A DNA stretch of 27,533 bases from Thermoproteota archaeon (GCA_027491735.1 JAOZGP010000033.1:1-27533); one strand, 5' to 3'. Shown: positions 9,003 through 18,079, counted from the stretch's first letter. Notes: a model not told the origin generated them from the letters alone. Numbers and translations are program-made.

Positions 9003-9084
9003 TGCGATCCGCCTCCCACACAGTCACTGCATCGATGCAGAGGAGCTCTCCGACCTGTCTGTGTGGGGAGGCGATCAGGCAATC
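9000..9084. other. Long branched stem-loop; candidate structured RNA or 3' UTR element
   Basis: GCCTCCCACACAG (9011-9023) pairs with CTGTGTgGGGAGGC (9059-9072), extended by GATC/GATC and GGTTGC/GCAATC; internal palindrome CTGCATCGATGCAG (9027-9040) and GGAGCTCTCC (9042-9051). Confidence 0.65.
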
Positions 9085-9523
9085 AAGGCTCCTCCTTGAC
9101 TGCCTCAAAAGAGACACAGGTCATCGTGTTTCTTATACCGGGTATCTCTCTCAGCCTATCCACGACGATCTTACCTATCTCCTCAACATCCCTTCCTCTG
9201 ACCTTTATGAGGAGGTCCCACTCCCCTGATATTATGTGGACTTCGCTGACTCCTGGCAATCTGACTACGCTCCTGGCAACGTCCCTCTGGTTGGCTCCAG
9301 AGCTCGGATCGTATGAGGCCAGTATGAAGGCCGTGGTCCCTCTGTTCAACTTTTTATAGTTAAGCCTTATGGTGAAGCTCTCTATCACCCCCTCCTTGAC
9401 CAACTTCATCAACCTATAGTGAATGGTGGTTCTTGGGACGTTCAGTTTGTTGCTGAGCATAGATATGCTTGCCCTAGCGTTCTTTTTCAGTTCCTCTATG
9501 AGCTTGAGATCGAGCTCGTCCAA
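9083..9523 (-). CDS. Lrp/AsnC family transcriptional regulator
   Basis: MDELDLKLIEELKKNAR...TIHYRLMKLVKEGVI HTH; ISGEWDLLIKV RAM domain. Confidence 0.95.
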   Translation of the reverse strand: MDELDLKLIEELKKNARASISMLSNKLNVPRTTIHYRLMKLVKEGVIESFTIRLNYKKLNRGTTAFILASYDPSSGANQRDVARSVVRLPGVSEVHIISGEWDLLIKVRGRDVEEIGKIVVDRLREIPGIRNTMTCVSFEAVKEEP

Positions 9524-9610
9524 GCGGGGACACCGGTCACCTTAGCAGGATAAAAAATATTAATTCTTTTGGTCCGTCGGAGATTCAACTCGGATGATCG
9601 TAACAACAGG

Positions 9611-10747
9611 TCAGCATCTCCTGAGGATGTGCACTGAAGCGTTGGAGCCCGTCCCTCCTATGTTAACAGCGATAGCCGTTTCAGCTCCTTCGACCTGACA
9701 TCTACCGGCTCTATCGCTCAGCTGGAGGTATATCTCAGCCACCTGATATACACCTGTAGCTCCTACCGGGTGCCCTCTCGCCTTGAGCCCTCCTTCAGGG
9801 TTCACGGGAAGCCATCCATCCCTGTTGAAGTCTCCTCCCTCAACTCGAATATGCGCCTTTCCTCTCTCCACTAACCCCAGAGCCTCCAGGTTGAGATATC
9901 CCATCACACTGAACGCGTCATGGATCTGGACGAGATCGATATCCCTTATCTCTAAATGAGCCATCTTCAACGCTCTTTTAGCAGCTAACTCAACCGACCT
10001 AAGTCTTGTCAGATCATCCCTCTGACATATGCTCACCACATCGGTTGCCGCCCCAAAGCCGGATATCTCAACAGATTCATCCGCCCTTCGTGATGAGATG
10101 ACCAGAGCAGCGGCTCCATCCCCGATAGGAGATGAGTCCAGCAGCCTCAGCGGTTCAGATATGTACGGGGATTTCAGATAATCCTCTAAGGATATCCTAA
10201 ACCTGAGCTGGGCATGTTTCGCGTCGACAGCGTTCTTATGCATCAAGATGGGGAGGTGAGCGAAGTCCTCCTCCGAGAGCCCATGCTCCTTCATGTACTC
10301 CCTCATGATCAGGGCGTTTAGAGAGGGAAAGGAAGCTCCTAGAGAGGATTCATATCTCGCATTTGCTGCAGTCGCTAGGGCGGAGGTCTGATCTGGGATA
10401 TCCGTGACGTCGGTCATCTTTTCAACTCCGATCACGAGCGCTGAGTCGAAGAGCCCAGACATGATCGAAATCGCTGCCCACATGATAGCGGCCCCTCCAG
10501 AACCACAGGCGGCCTCCACCTTAATGGAAGGAACACCAGCCATCCCTAGGGAATCAGCTATCACAGCTCCTAAGTTCTCCTGGCTGTTCATCACCCCCGA
10601 GGTCATGTTTCCGACGACGATGGCATCCACGGACTTAACCTCGGAGTCCTCTAGAGCCTTCAACGCCGCCTCCACAGCAAGATCCTCAAGACTATACTCC
10701 CAGAGGAGCCCTATCTTTGTGAACCCAGCACCGTTCACGTAGACCAA
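9611..10747 (-). CDS. Archaeal thiolase (acetyl-CoA acetyltransferase, SCP2-thiolase-like)
   Basis: VEAACGSGG with active Cys, DGAAALV, QIHDAF, GGLKARGHPVGATG. Confidence 0.93.
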   Translation of the reverse strand: MVYVNGAGFTKIGLLWEYSLEDLAVEAALKALEDSEVKSVDAIVVGNMTSGVMNSQENLGAVIADSLGMAGVPSIKVEAACGSGGAAIMWAAISIMSGLFDSALVIGVEKMTDVTDIPDQTSALATAANARYESSLGASFPSLNALIMREYMKEHGLSEEDFAHLPILMHKNAVDAKHAQLRFRISLEDYLKSPYISEPLRLLDSSPIGDGAAALVISSRRADESVEISGFGAATDVVSICQRDDLTRLRSVELAAKRALKMAHLEIRDIDLVQIHDAFSVMGYLNLEALGLVERGKAHIRVEGGDFNRDGWLPVNPEGGLKARGHPVGATGVYQVAEIYLQLSDRAGRCQVEGAETAIAVNIGGTGSNASVHILRRC

Positions 10748-11307
10748 GATAGCTCTCCCTCCCTGAGAGCCTTCAGGTTGAGATCGAGGTATCTCTCTGG
10801 GACAGCGATCCTCAAGGCTTCCTCAAACTTCTTCCTCCTTAAGGGCATGAACCTCATCGAAGCTCCTAGCACGATGATGTTGGTCACCTTAGCGTTTCCT
10901 AACCTAGCGGCCAGTGATTCTGCATCAATGAAAAGACTTCTCTCATTCAACAAAGCTTTTACGCGACTAGGGTCAGGGAAAACGTTGATCCCCAGGTGGT
11001 GTGGTATGTGAACCTTGGCCGAGAGGTTGACGACAGCCTTTCCCTCATCGGAGAGGTAGCCAATATGCCTCAAAGCCTCGTACATATCCATGGCTAGCAT
11101 CAGGTCGGCATGCCCCAGAGGGATGGTGGGTGAGAAACATCTCCCTATCCTGACATGAGAGCAGACGGATCCCTCTCTCTGAGCGAGCCCTCTCCTTTCG
11201 CTAACTCTGACTGAATAACCCGACAGCAGAGCCGCCTCAGCTATTACTCTCGACAGCAGGACGACTCCCTGACCCCCGACACCGCACACTATTACGTCGA
11301 ACTTCAG
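10735..11307 (-). CDS. iorB: Indolepyruvate:ferredoxin oxidoreductase beta subunit (probable CTG start)
   Basis: KFDVIVCGVGGQG, GLAQREGSVCSHVRIG, NIIVLGA; start placed at CTG 11307 overlapping the iorA TGA. Confidence 0.88.
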   Translation of the reverse strand: MKFDVIVCGVGGQGVVLLSRVIAEAALLSGYSVRVSERRGLAQREGSVCSHVRIGRCFSPTIPLGHADLMLAMDMYEALRHIGYLSDEGKAVVNLSAKVHIPHHLGINVFPDPSRVKALLNERSLFIDAESLAARLGNAKVTNIIVLGASMRFMPLRRKKFEEALRIAVPERYLDLNLKALREGELSWST

Positions 11308-13082
11308 TTCTCTTCCCTCCTCCTTATGGCTCCTACAGGACATACCTGTGAGCAGATACCACATCCAACGCATGCATCGAGGATCACAACCTTGCCTTTC
11401 ACGAGATCCATCGCCGGACAGCCTATCGACAGGCAGGAGAGGCAGCCGATGCATTCACCTCCCACACTGTACTTCACGCCGGTTCTCCCCCGCCTCCTAA
11501 CCGACTGGAGAGCGCACTCCCTTCTGAACACGACCACTGACGGCAGTGATTTGCGCCTCGCCATCTCGAGAGCGATTCTCATGGCGGTCCTTCCCTCTTT
11601 CAGATCGTAGGGATCGACTGTTATCAGAAATCCAACTCCAACAGCTCTGCACACATCCTCTATGCTTATTCTCGGTCTTTCTCTGCCCATGTGATCTAAT
11701 CCAGTTGACGGACTTGGTTGATGTCCTGTCATACAGGTCCACATGTTGTCGAGAACTGCTATGACTATCGGTGCCCTCGACACGACCGCCTCAACGAGGG
11801 GAGGTATTCCAGCATGAAAGAAGGTGGAATCCCCTATGACTGCCACGATTGGTCTGTTAACACCTGCTCTCCAAAGTCCTATCGCCATGGCCACGCTGGA
11901 GCCCATCGCTATGGCCATGTCTATGGCTCTCAGAGGATGATTTCCTCCTTGGTTGTAACATCCCCTGTCTCCCAGGACTACTGCCTCCTTCAAGCTCTTT
12001 ATAGCAACAAATGCCCCTCTGTGTGGACATCCAGGACAGAGCTGAGGTATCCTTCTGGGCACAAGTTCCCCCATGGTCCTCGGCGGATCACCTGTCAGTG
12101 CAGAGCACACATCCTCGTACGTGATCTCCCCGTACTGTCTGAGATGACCGCTGTGCTTCCCGATTATCTTGACTCCGATCCCCTTCTCATGAGCTAACAC
12201 GTATATCTGGTCCTCAACTACGGGATCCAGATCCTCCAGGACTACTACCCTCTCCAGGTGGGACAGGAAGTCGGATATGTCCGGCAGGGGATATGTTACG
12301 GATAGCTTGAGAACGTGTGGTCTCACGCCCTCCCTCTCCACAACCTCTCTGAGATGCAGGTAAGAGACTCCAGAGGTCACCACCCCAAGAGATCCCTCCC
12401 CCTCCTCGATGCTGAGCCAGGGTGGTCTTCTGACAAAGTCTTTGATCTCATCGATCTTCCTGAAGAGCTCCGGTATGTTCCTCCTGACGTTCGGGGCTAT
12501 GGAGACCAACCTGTCCGGATCCGACCTGAAGTTGGCGACCCTTCCAGGTGTTCTCTCGCCGAGGTCGACGGGCTCGAACATGTGAGCGAGCCTGGCGGTA
12601 TATCTCATGAGGACAGGCGTGCTGAACCTCTCGGATAGCTCAAAACAACGCTTAACGAGCGTCTTCGCATCACTCGGTGATGATGGCTCCACCGCCGGTA
12701 TGTGGCATATCATTGCGTGATTTCTCGTGTCGGTGGAGCTCTGAGAGCTCTCGGGTACAGGATCGTCGGCCGATATTATAAGGAGCCCTCCTGAGATGCC
12801 CGTGATCGCCGAGACAGCCAGAGGGTCCAGTATCCAGTGAGTGCCAAGGTGCTTCATGACGCAGGCGCTCCTCACACCAGACAGCGCTGCAGCATAGGCC
12901 TCCTCGAAGGCGACCTTCTCGTTGACCGACCAACAGACCAGCTCACCATCCATCTCGGCCAGATGTTTTATGACCTCTGAGCTCGGAGTTCCCGGGTATC
13001 CAGTCACCAGGGATGCTCCTGACTCATAAAGCCCTCTGGCTATGGCCTCATTTCCCGACATCAACTTGACCTCATAGCTCAG
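11304..13082 (-). CDS. iorA: Indolepyruvate:ferredoxin oxidoreductase alpha subunit (start CTG 13082, or TTG/ATG 13064/13061)
   Basis: GNEAIARG, GYPGTPSSE, NEKVA, CPGCPHR, GDRGCY, IGDSTFFHAG, MTGHQP, two C-terminal ferredoxin Cys motifs. Confidence 0.95.
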   Translation of the reverse strand: MSYEVKLMSGNEAIARGLYESGASLVTGYPGTPSSEVIKHLAEMDGELVCWSVNEKVAFEEAYAAALSGVRSACVMKHLGTHWILDPLAVSAITGISGGLLIISADDPVPESSQSSTDTRNHAMICHIPAVEPSSPSDAKTLVKRCFELSERFSTPVLMRYTARLAHMFEPVDLGERTPGRVANFRSDPDRLVSIAPNVRRNIPELFRKIDEIKDFVRRPPWLSIEEGEGSLGVVTSGVSYLHLREVVEREGVRPHVLKLSVTYPLPDISDFLSHLERVVVLEDLDPVVEDQIYVLAHEKGIGVKIIGKHSGHLRQYGEITYEDVCSALTGDPPRTMGELVPRRIPQLCPGCPHRGAFVAIKSLKEAVVLGDRGCYNQGGNHPLRAIDMAIAMGSSVAMAIGLWRAGVNRPIVAVIGDSTFFHAGIPPLVEAVVSRAPIVIAVLDNMWTCMTGHQPSPSTGLDHMGRERPRISIEDVCRAVGVGFLITVDPYDLKEGRTAMRIALEMARRKSLPSVVVFRRECALQSVRRRGRTGVKYSVGGECIGCLSCLSIGCPAMDLVKGKVVILDACVGCGICSQVCPVGAIRRREEN

Positions 13083-13210
13083 CAGTCAGCACCTCCTCTC
13101 CTGTAGATGGCGAAAAGATGAAATCGCAGCCAGAGATGAGTTAGCTGTCTCAGGGTGAGGGAGGATAAAAGCTTTGTTAATCAACTATAAAAGATTAGTT
13201 TATCAACGAA

Positions 13211-14137
13211 TTAATGGAGCATGCTTGCCAACGTGCTCGACGACGAGAATGAGAGGAGGAAGAGCAGAGAGCAGAGGGCACCCCTCCTTACAATGATCCC
13301 CAGGGAGAAGCTCGTCAGGAATCCTATCACTCCCAGAGAAATCCAGCATCCGAGGAACGACGTGCCTGCCAGTATGCCTCCGAACAGGAGGCTGAGCAGA
13401 TAGGCCTCTCTCCTCTCCTTTCCGATGATTCTTCGCCACTCCTCGTTGGTCTCGGCGTTACACCTCTCCAGGTCAGCCACCCTCCGTAACAGGAGGGACA
13501 TGTCCCTCCTGCTCACATTTGACATCAGGACCTTGGCCCACAGTCCCTTCTCCCTGGACAGCACGTCCTGTAGAGTTTCAATCCCGACAACAAGATTCGG
13601 ATGCAAGGAGGCCAGTAACTTAGCGAGCCCTCTTCTCCTCTCAACAGCGAAGGCGAGCTCATCCACGAATCCCGGATTTGCTCCCTCAATCATCTCATCA
13701 CTGAACCTGAACGTCGAGCTCACAAGCAAAAGAGGAAGAAGGAGTGAGACCAGAGCGAGAGAATCGACTCTTCTGAAGATCATGTTGGCAATCACGGCTA
13801 TCGAGAGAAGAAAACCAGTGGAGAGCACGAAACCAAGAACCTCCTTGGATCTGGAGAGGGTGTCCTTGAGAGAGATCCTCACGGTCCTTACGTAGGAGGA
13901 GAGGATCTCCTCAAAGCTAGCCCCTGAAAGCACGGATACAACGAAGTCATCCTCTTTTAGAAGCTTCCTCAAGCAGATCCCGTCCACGCAGCTCACGACA
14001 GCAGCCATTCTCACAGAGGGGAATTCCCTGCTGACCTCCATCACACCCTTCCACGGGCTCCACACGGCTCCTGATGAGAGGAGATAGAGGAACCTCGTTC
14101 TCCTGATCAGCTGGCTTGGACGCATGGCTCCCAACAT
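13211..14137 (-). CDS. Membrane protein, possibly a very divergent GspF/TadB-C-type platform protein
   Basis: Two repeats of a soluble segment followed by TM helices; overlaps the 3' end of a secretion ATPase; family assignment rests on context only. Confidence 0.55.
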   Translation of the reverse strand: MLGAMRPSQLIRRTRFLYLLSSGAVWSPWKGVMEVSREFPSVRMAAVVSCVDGICLRKLLKEDDFVVSVLSGASFEEILSSYVRTVRISLKDTLSRSKEVLGFVLSTGFLLSIAVIANMIFRRVDSLALVSLLLPLLLVSSTFRFSDEMIEGANPGFVDELAFAVERRRGLAKLLASLHPNLVVGIETLQDVLSREKGLWAKVLMSNVSRRDMSLLLRRVADLERCNAETNEEWRRIIGKERREAYLLSLLFGGILAGTSFLGCWISLGVIGFLTSFSLGIIVRRGALCSLLFLLSFSSSSTLASMLH

Positions 14138-15330
14138 CCTCTGGAGAACCTATAGATCTCCGAGACCTTCCTCCTTATCATGAACACCAGAAGGGATCCC
14201 TCTAGGGCATACTCCAGCCCCCAGCTTCTCCATTTGCTGAGGAGATGTCCTCTGGATCTTCCATGAGTGGTCGCCAGCACCTTGAACCCACTTTCGTGGG
14301 CCACAGCAAAAGCCCTCACATCTCCGGAATCCAGCAACTCCCCAAGAAACACGACATCTGGGTTCCTGTGAAGCAGATTTATCACAGCCTTCTCCCTATC
14401 GTCCCTTATCTCGTAGGCAACATGCTTCAACCCATGCTGATTCAGATCCTCTATCTCCCTTATCTCCTCGACGGAGATCACCCTGGTGTCCCTCGGAAGG
14501 GCTGAGAGTATGGCGTTGCAGAGGGTCGTCTTGCCAACACCTGTCCCTCCAAACACGATCACAGGATCCCCCTTATCCAAGGAGTTGAGGATGAGGGAGG
14601 CCTCTTCCTTGCTGACTGTTCCAAGTTTTATCAGGGTGTCAAGCTTCAGCTCCCTCATTGCAGACAGGTTCCTGATGGATATCGATCCCGTGGACGAGGG
14701 CGGTCCGTCCAAGCCAATCCTGATGGTCCTTCCCATGAACCTGAGGTCCACCTTGGCAAAGGGACTTATCAGGTCGAACCTCACCTCCTCCGAACACTCG
14801 ACAACTGTTCTGATCTTCTCAAACTCTCTCTCGCTCATGATCACATTCCTCACGGCCATCCTCCCCAACTCTATATGATCCAGGTAGATCTCTCTGTTCA
14901 ACACTCCGTAGACCTCGGTCACTCCATCTGAAAGGGCCAGAGACAAGATGGGCCAGAGCTTAGTGGATCTAAGGCAAACCTCCTCGACGAGCTTGGGCTC
15001 AACTCCCAGCTTCGATAGGAATTCAGCTCTCAACCTGTAAGCCTCCTCTAAATCGGGGTTCTTGGGGTAGACAGACCTGACATGGTGGAGCATGACCTCA
15101 GCCGAGGCGTCCATACCAGAGGCCCTGCTGTAAGGGATGAGGACCCCTCTTATTGGATCGAGGAAGCCTCCGAGAACGCTGACACATCCAGATACGTCAA
15201 CAGACCTCGAGTTCTTTGGTATTCTAAGGAGCTCCCTCCTAAAAGGAAACCTCCTGATCTTCAGGATCTCTCCACCCCTCCTCTCTATGAGGGAGAGGGC
15301 AGTTCTCAGGTCCAGATCGTTGAACCTCAT
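14107..15330 (-). CDS. Type II/IV secretion ATPase (CpaF/VirB11/FlaI-like)
   Basis: GGTGVGKTT Walker A, VISVEEIREI Asp box, LHRNPDVVFLGE Walker B, ATTHG His box. Confidence 0.88.
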   Translation of the reverse strand: MRFNDLDLRTALSLIERRGGEILKIRRFPFRRELLRIPKNSRSVDVSGCVSVLGGFLDPIRGVLIPYSRASGMDASAEVMLHHVRSVYPKNPDLEEAYRLRAEFLSKLGVEPKLVEEVCLRSTKLWPILSLALSDGVTEVYGVLNREIYLDHIELGRMAVRNVIMSEREFEKIRTVVECSEEVRFDLISPFAKVDLRFMGRTIRIGLDGPPSSTGSISIRNLSAMRELKLDTLIKLGTVSKEEASLILNSLDKGDPVIVFGGTGVGKTTLCNAILSALPRDTRVISVEEIREIEDLNQHGLKHVAYEIRDDREKAVINLLHRNPDVVFLGELLDSGDVRAFAVAHESGFKVLATTHGRSRGHLLSKWRSWGLEYALEGSLLVFMIRRKVSEIYRFSRGCWEPCVQAS

Positions 15331-15393
15331 TCGTAATGAGTTCTCGCAACAAGGAGATGGTGTGAAAATTGAGGAGAACTTCCCGAAAACTGT

Positions 15394-16746
15394 TCACAGA
15401 GGGGTTACGTGATCGCCCTCCCAACCCAAGTGCCTCATATAACTTCTGAGCTCGTCGGGAATCCTCACGATCCTCTCCTCTGGGAGGTAGTAGTTCTCGA
15501 ATATAGCGCATATAGTCCTGGTGGTCGCTAAGGCTGTACTGTTTAATGTATGGACGAGCTCCTTCCCTCCTCTCCTGGCGACCTTTATTCTGAGCCTGTA
15601 GCTCTGCCAATCAGTCACGTTGCTGCAGCTGACCACCTCCCTATACCTTCCCTGGGAGGGGAACCAGACCTCCAGATCATACTTCTTGGCGGCACAGTAG
15701 CCGAGATCTCCTCCCGCTATGTTCACCACCCTGTAAGGAAGTCCCAAGGTCTGATATATCTCCTCAGCGTTTCTTATGAGCCTCTCATGCCACTCCCAGC
15801 TCTCTTCAGGGACACAGAACACGAACTGCTCCACCTTGGAGAACTGATGCACCCTGAATATCCCCTTTGTGTCTTTACCATGACTTCCAGCCTCCTTTCT
15901 AAAGCAGGGGCTCACTCCAGCGTAGAGCCTTGGGAGCTCGTCCTCCGTGAATGTGTCTCCAGCGTGAAGGGCGGCGATCGGGTGTTCAGAGGTCGCTATG
16001 AGGTAGAGGTCCTCCTTGTCCACCTTGTAGATGGCGTCCTTGAAGGTCTCCAAATCCGTCACCTTTGTGTAGAATTCTTTCTTCAACATAAGCGGTGGGA
16101 TAACTGGTGTGAAGCCCTTCTTCATGAGGTGGTCAAGGGCCATTGCTTGAAGAGCCAGGTCCATGACGGCAACGTCCTTCATAAGGTAGAAGAATCTGGA
16201 TCCAGCCACTTTTCCGGCCTTCTTGGTGTTTATCAGTCCGAAGATCTCCTCCATAAGGTCCGCATGGCCCGGTATCTCGTGCTCCACAACCTCGTACTCC
16301 ACGTCAAATCCCTTGCACTCCTCTCTGAATCTCCTCAATCTGTCTGTTGGGACTTTCGGGACTCCCCAAAATCTGACTGGAACGTTGTAGCTCTCATCTG
16401 GACCTTCAGGGACACTCTCATGCACGAGGTTGGGCATCTCCATGAGGATGCTGTTTCTCTGTCTCTCAACCTCCTTGAGCTCCTTCTCCATCTGGATCAA
16501 CTTATCAGCGAGCTTTTGACTCTCTTCAATCAAAGCCTTCCTTTCTTCTCCAGAGACTGATCCTATCTCTCTGTTTATTCTATTCCTCTCTTCCCTCAAC
16601 TTATTGGTCTCTGTCAGGAGCTCTCTCCATCTCTTGTCAAGTTCAAGAGTCTTGTCAAGTAAAGAGAAATCCATAAACCTCTTCCTCAAGCTATTCCTTA
16701 TCAGATCAGGGTTGTTTCTCAGAGCGTCAAGCACGGACCAGCCCAT
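15394..16746 (-). CDS. serS: Seryl-tRNA synthetase
   Basis: N-terminal coiled coil, LIATSEHP, CFRKEAGSHGKDTKGIFRVHQFSKVEQF, KKYDLEVW, EVVSCSN, HTLNSTA; ATG 16746 follows GGAGGATGA. Confidence 0.97.
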   Translation of the reverse strand: MGWSVLDALRNNPDLIRNSLRKRFMDFSLLDKTLELDKRWRELLTETNKLREERNRINREIGSVSGEERKALIEESQKLADKLIQMEKELKEVERQRNSILMEMPNLVHESVPEGPDESYNVPVRFWGVPKVPTDRLRRFREECKGFDVEYEVVEHEIPGHADLMEEIFGLINTKKAGKVAGSRFFYLMKDVAVMDLALQAMALDHLMKKGFTPVIPPLMLKKEFYTKVTDLETFKDAIYKVDKEDLYLIATSEHPIAALHAGDTFTEDELPRLYAGVSPCFRKEAGSHGKDTKGIFRVHQFSKVEQFVFCVPEESWEWHERLIRNAEEIYQTLGLPYRVVNIAGGDLGYCAAKKYDLEVWFPSQGRYREVVSCSNVTDWQSYRLRIKVARRGGKELVHTLNSTALATTRTICAIFENYYLPEERIVRIPDELRSYMRHLGWEGDHVTPL

Positions 16747-16804
16747 GCACAATCATCCTCCAAAGAACCCCCTGATCGCTATAAAAGTATCCCACAAAGA
16801 CCTA

Positions 16805-16868
16805 GTGAACTACCCGCCCTAGAGGATCTCTCCCGCCCCTATCCCGGCCTCGCATCAGGACTTCATCT
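16805..16868 (-). mobile_element. Possible degenerate IS200/IS605 (TnpB omegaRNA) 3' end relic
   Basis: Minus strand reads GATGAAGTCCTGATGCGAGGCCGGGATAGGGGCGGGAGAGATCCTCTAGGGCGGGTAGTTCAC, ending like the recalled ...AGGGCGGGGTAGTTCAC right-end signature. Confidence 0.45.
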
Positions 16869-17128
16869 GGGAGTTAGAGAACTCTCACAGGCTTTTCTCA
16901 TCGATCTTGGAGGGGCACTAATTTCTCCAAGCACTTCCTCTTCCATCCGGTCTGAAAATCTTCTTCTATCACGGCTAACAGAACTCCCTCCTCATGGGAA
17001 CTTCTACCAAAGATTTTTTTAGTTACTGAGCCCATTTGAGCTGAACTATCCGCTTCCTCTTGTGTATCCCTCTCAAAAGGGGAAGGTCTCGCGAGCAGCG
17101 GAAGATTGATTGGGAGGGAGGTTGATCC

Positions 17129-18043
17129 ATGTCGATCGTCAAGGAGGGTTTCATCCAGTTTCAGGGCAAGGAGTTCTACCTGGAGGTGATGAGACCAGGA
17201 ATCTTCTTGCTCACTGAGGTGAGAAGGAGGATATCCTCCTTCAGAACGAGGGCCGGTCAGCTGGTTGAGGTGGTGGATCTCGAGCACATGGGGAGATGTC
17301 TATTCATAGACCACAAGATAATGTTCTCCCTGAACGACGAGTTCATATATCACGAGGTCCTGGTACATCCAGCCCTCCTGACCCATCCCAGTCCGAGGGA
17401 TGTGCTCATAATAGGAGGGGGGGATGGAGGCGCCCTGAGAGAGGTTCTCAAGCATCCAGTGGAGTCCGTAGACCTTGTTGAGCTCGATCCAGAGGTCACC
17501 AGGATCGTGAAGGAGCACTTCTACGAGGACTTCGGCAGGTACTTCGAGAGCGACAAGCTCAACCTCATCTTCATGGATGGAAGGAAATACGTGGAGGAGT
17601 GCGACAAGAAGTACGACGCTGTGATAGTGGACCTGACGGATCCTAAGGGACCGTCGGCTAGGCTGTATACCCTGGAGTTCTACAAAGCCGTCAGGAGGCT
17701 TCTGAGGGAGGACGGCCTCATGGTCACGCACAGCGAGGGAGCCAGACTCTACTCAAAGGTTTTCTCAAGGGTGTTCGCTGCGGTAAGGGAGGTCTTTCCA
17801 ATAGCCAGGCTGGCCAAGGCATTCGTGCCGTCCTTCAAGGACGAGTGGACCTTCTCCATTGGGAGCCTCAGATACGATCCAGCCTCACCTGAGGTCGCTG
17901 AGAGGCTCAACGAGAGGGGCATAGGCACGAGGTTCTACTCAAAGGAAGTTCACCAGGCCCTGTTCACGATGGACAAATTGATCGAAAGATGCATATCCTC
18001 AGGAACCCCAAACAGGGACGAGAATCCCGTTGAGGTCGACTGA
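17129..18043 (+). CDS. speE: Polyamine aminopropyltransferase (spermidine synthase family)
   Basis: DEFIYHEVLVHP, VLIIGGGDGGALREV, VELDPEV, DAVIVDLTDP; GGAGG SD upstream. Confidence 0.93.
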   Translation: MSIVKEGFIQFQGKEFYLEVMRPGIFLLTEVRRRISSFRTRAGQLVEVVDLEHMGRCLFIDHKIMFSLNDEFIYHEVLVHPALLTHPSPRDVLIIGGGDGGALREVLKHPVESVDLVELDPEVTRIVKEHFYEDFGRYFESDKLNLIFMDGRKYVEECDKKYDAVIVDLTDPKGPSARLYTLEFYKAVRRLLREDGLMVTHSEGARLYSKVFSRVFAAVREVFPIARLAKAFVPSFKDEWTFSIGSLRYDPASPEVAERLNERGIGTRFYSKEVHQALFTMDKLIERCISSGTPNRDENPVEVD

Positions 18044-18079
18044 AAAGGTAAATAAGGTATCAAGGGTCTGAAAGATGGT

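Noticed and set aside
11308-11454. N-terminal extension of iorB given in the ORF track
   Set aside because: Lies within the iorA ferredoxin domain in another frame and has no IorB-like sequence
15331-15396. serS TGA is in frame with the ATPase through 21 sense codons (possible read-through fusion)
   Set aside because: Plausible by chance over 63 nt; SerRS is already full length and no recoding signal is visible
15550-16560. 336-aa + strand ORF, and similar long ORFs such as 23218-23985 and 6965-7510
   Set aside because: Antisense shadows of well-supported genes, with no recognisable motifs
16898-17287. 129-aa - strand ORF between serS and speE
   Set aside because: Its 5' part is antisense to speE and the rest has no recognisable motif, including no TnpB Zn finger or RuvC
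17129-18043. speE as part of the ligase operon (glutathionylspermidine-like product)
   Set aside because: About 4 kb away on the opposite strand, separated by housekeeping genes; polyamines are kept only as substrates to test
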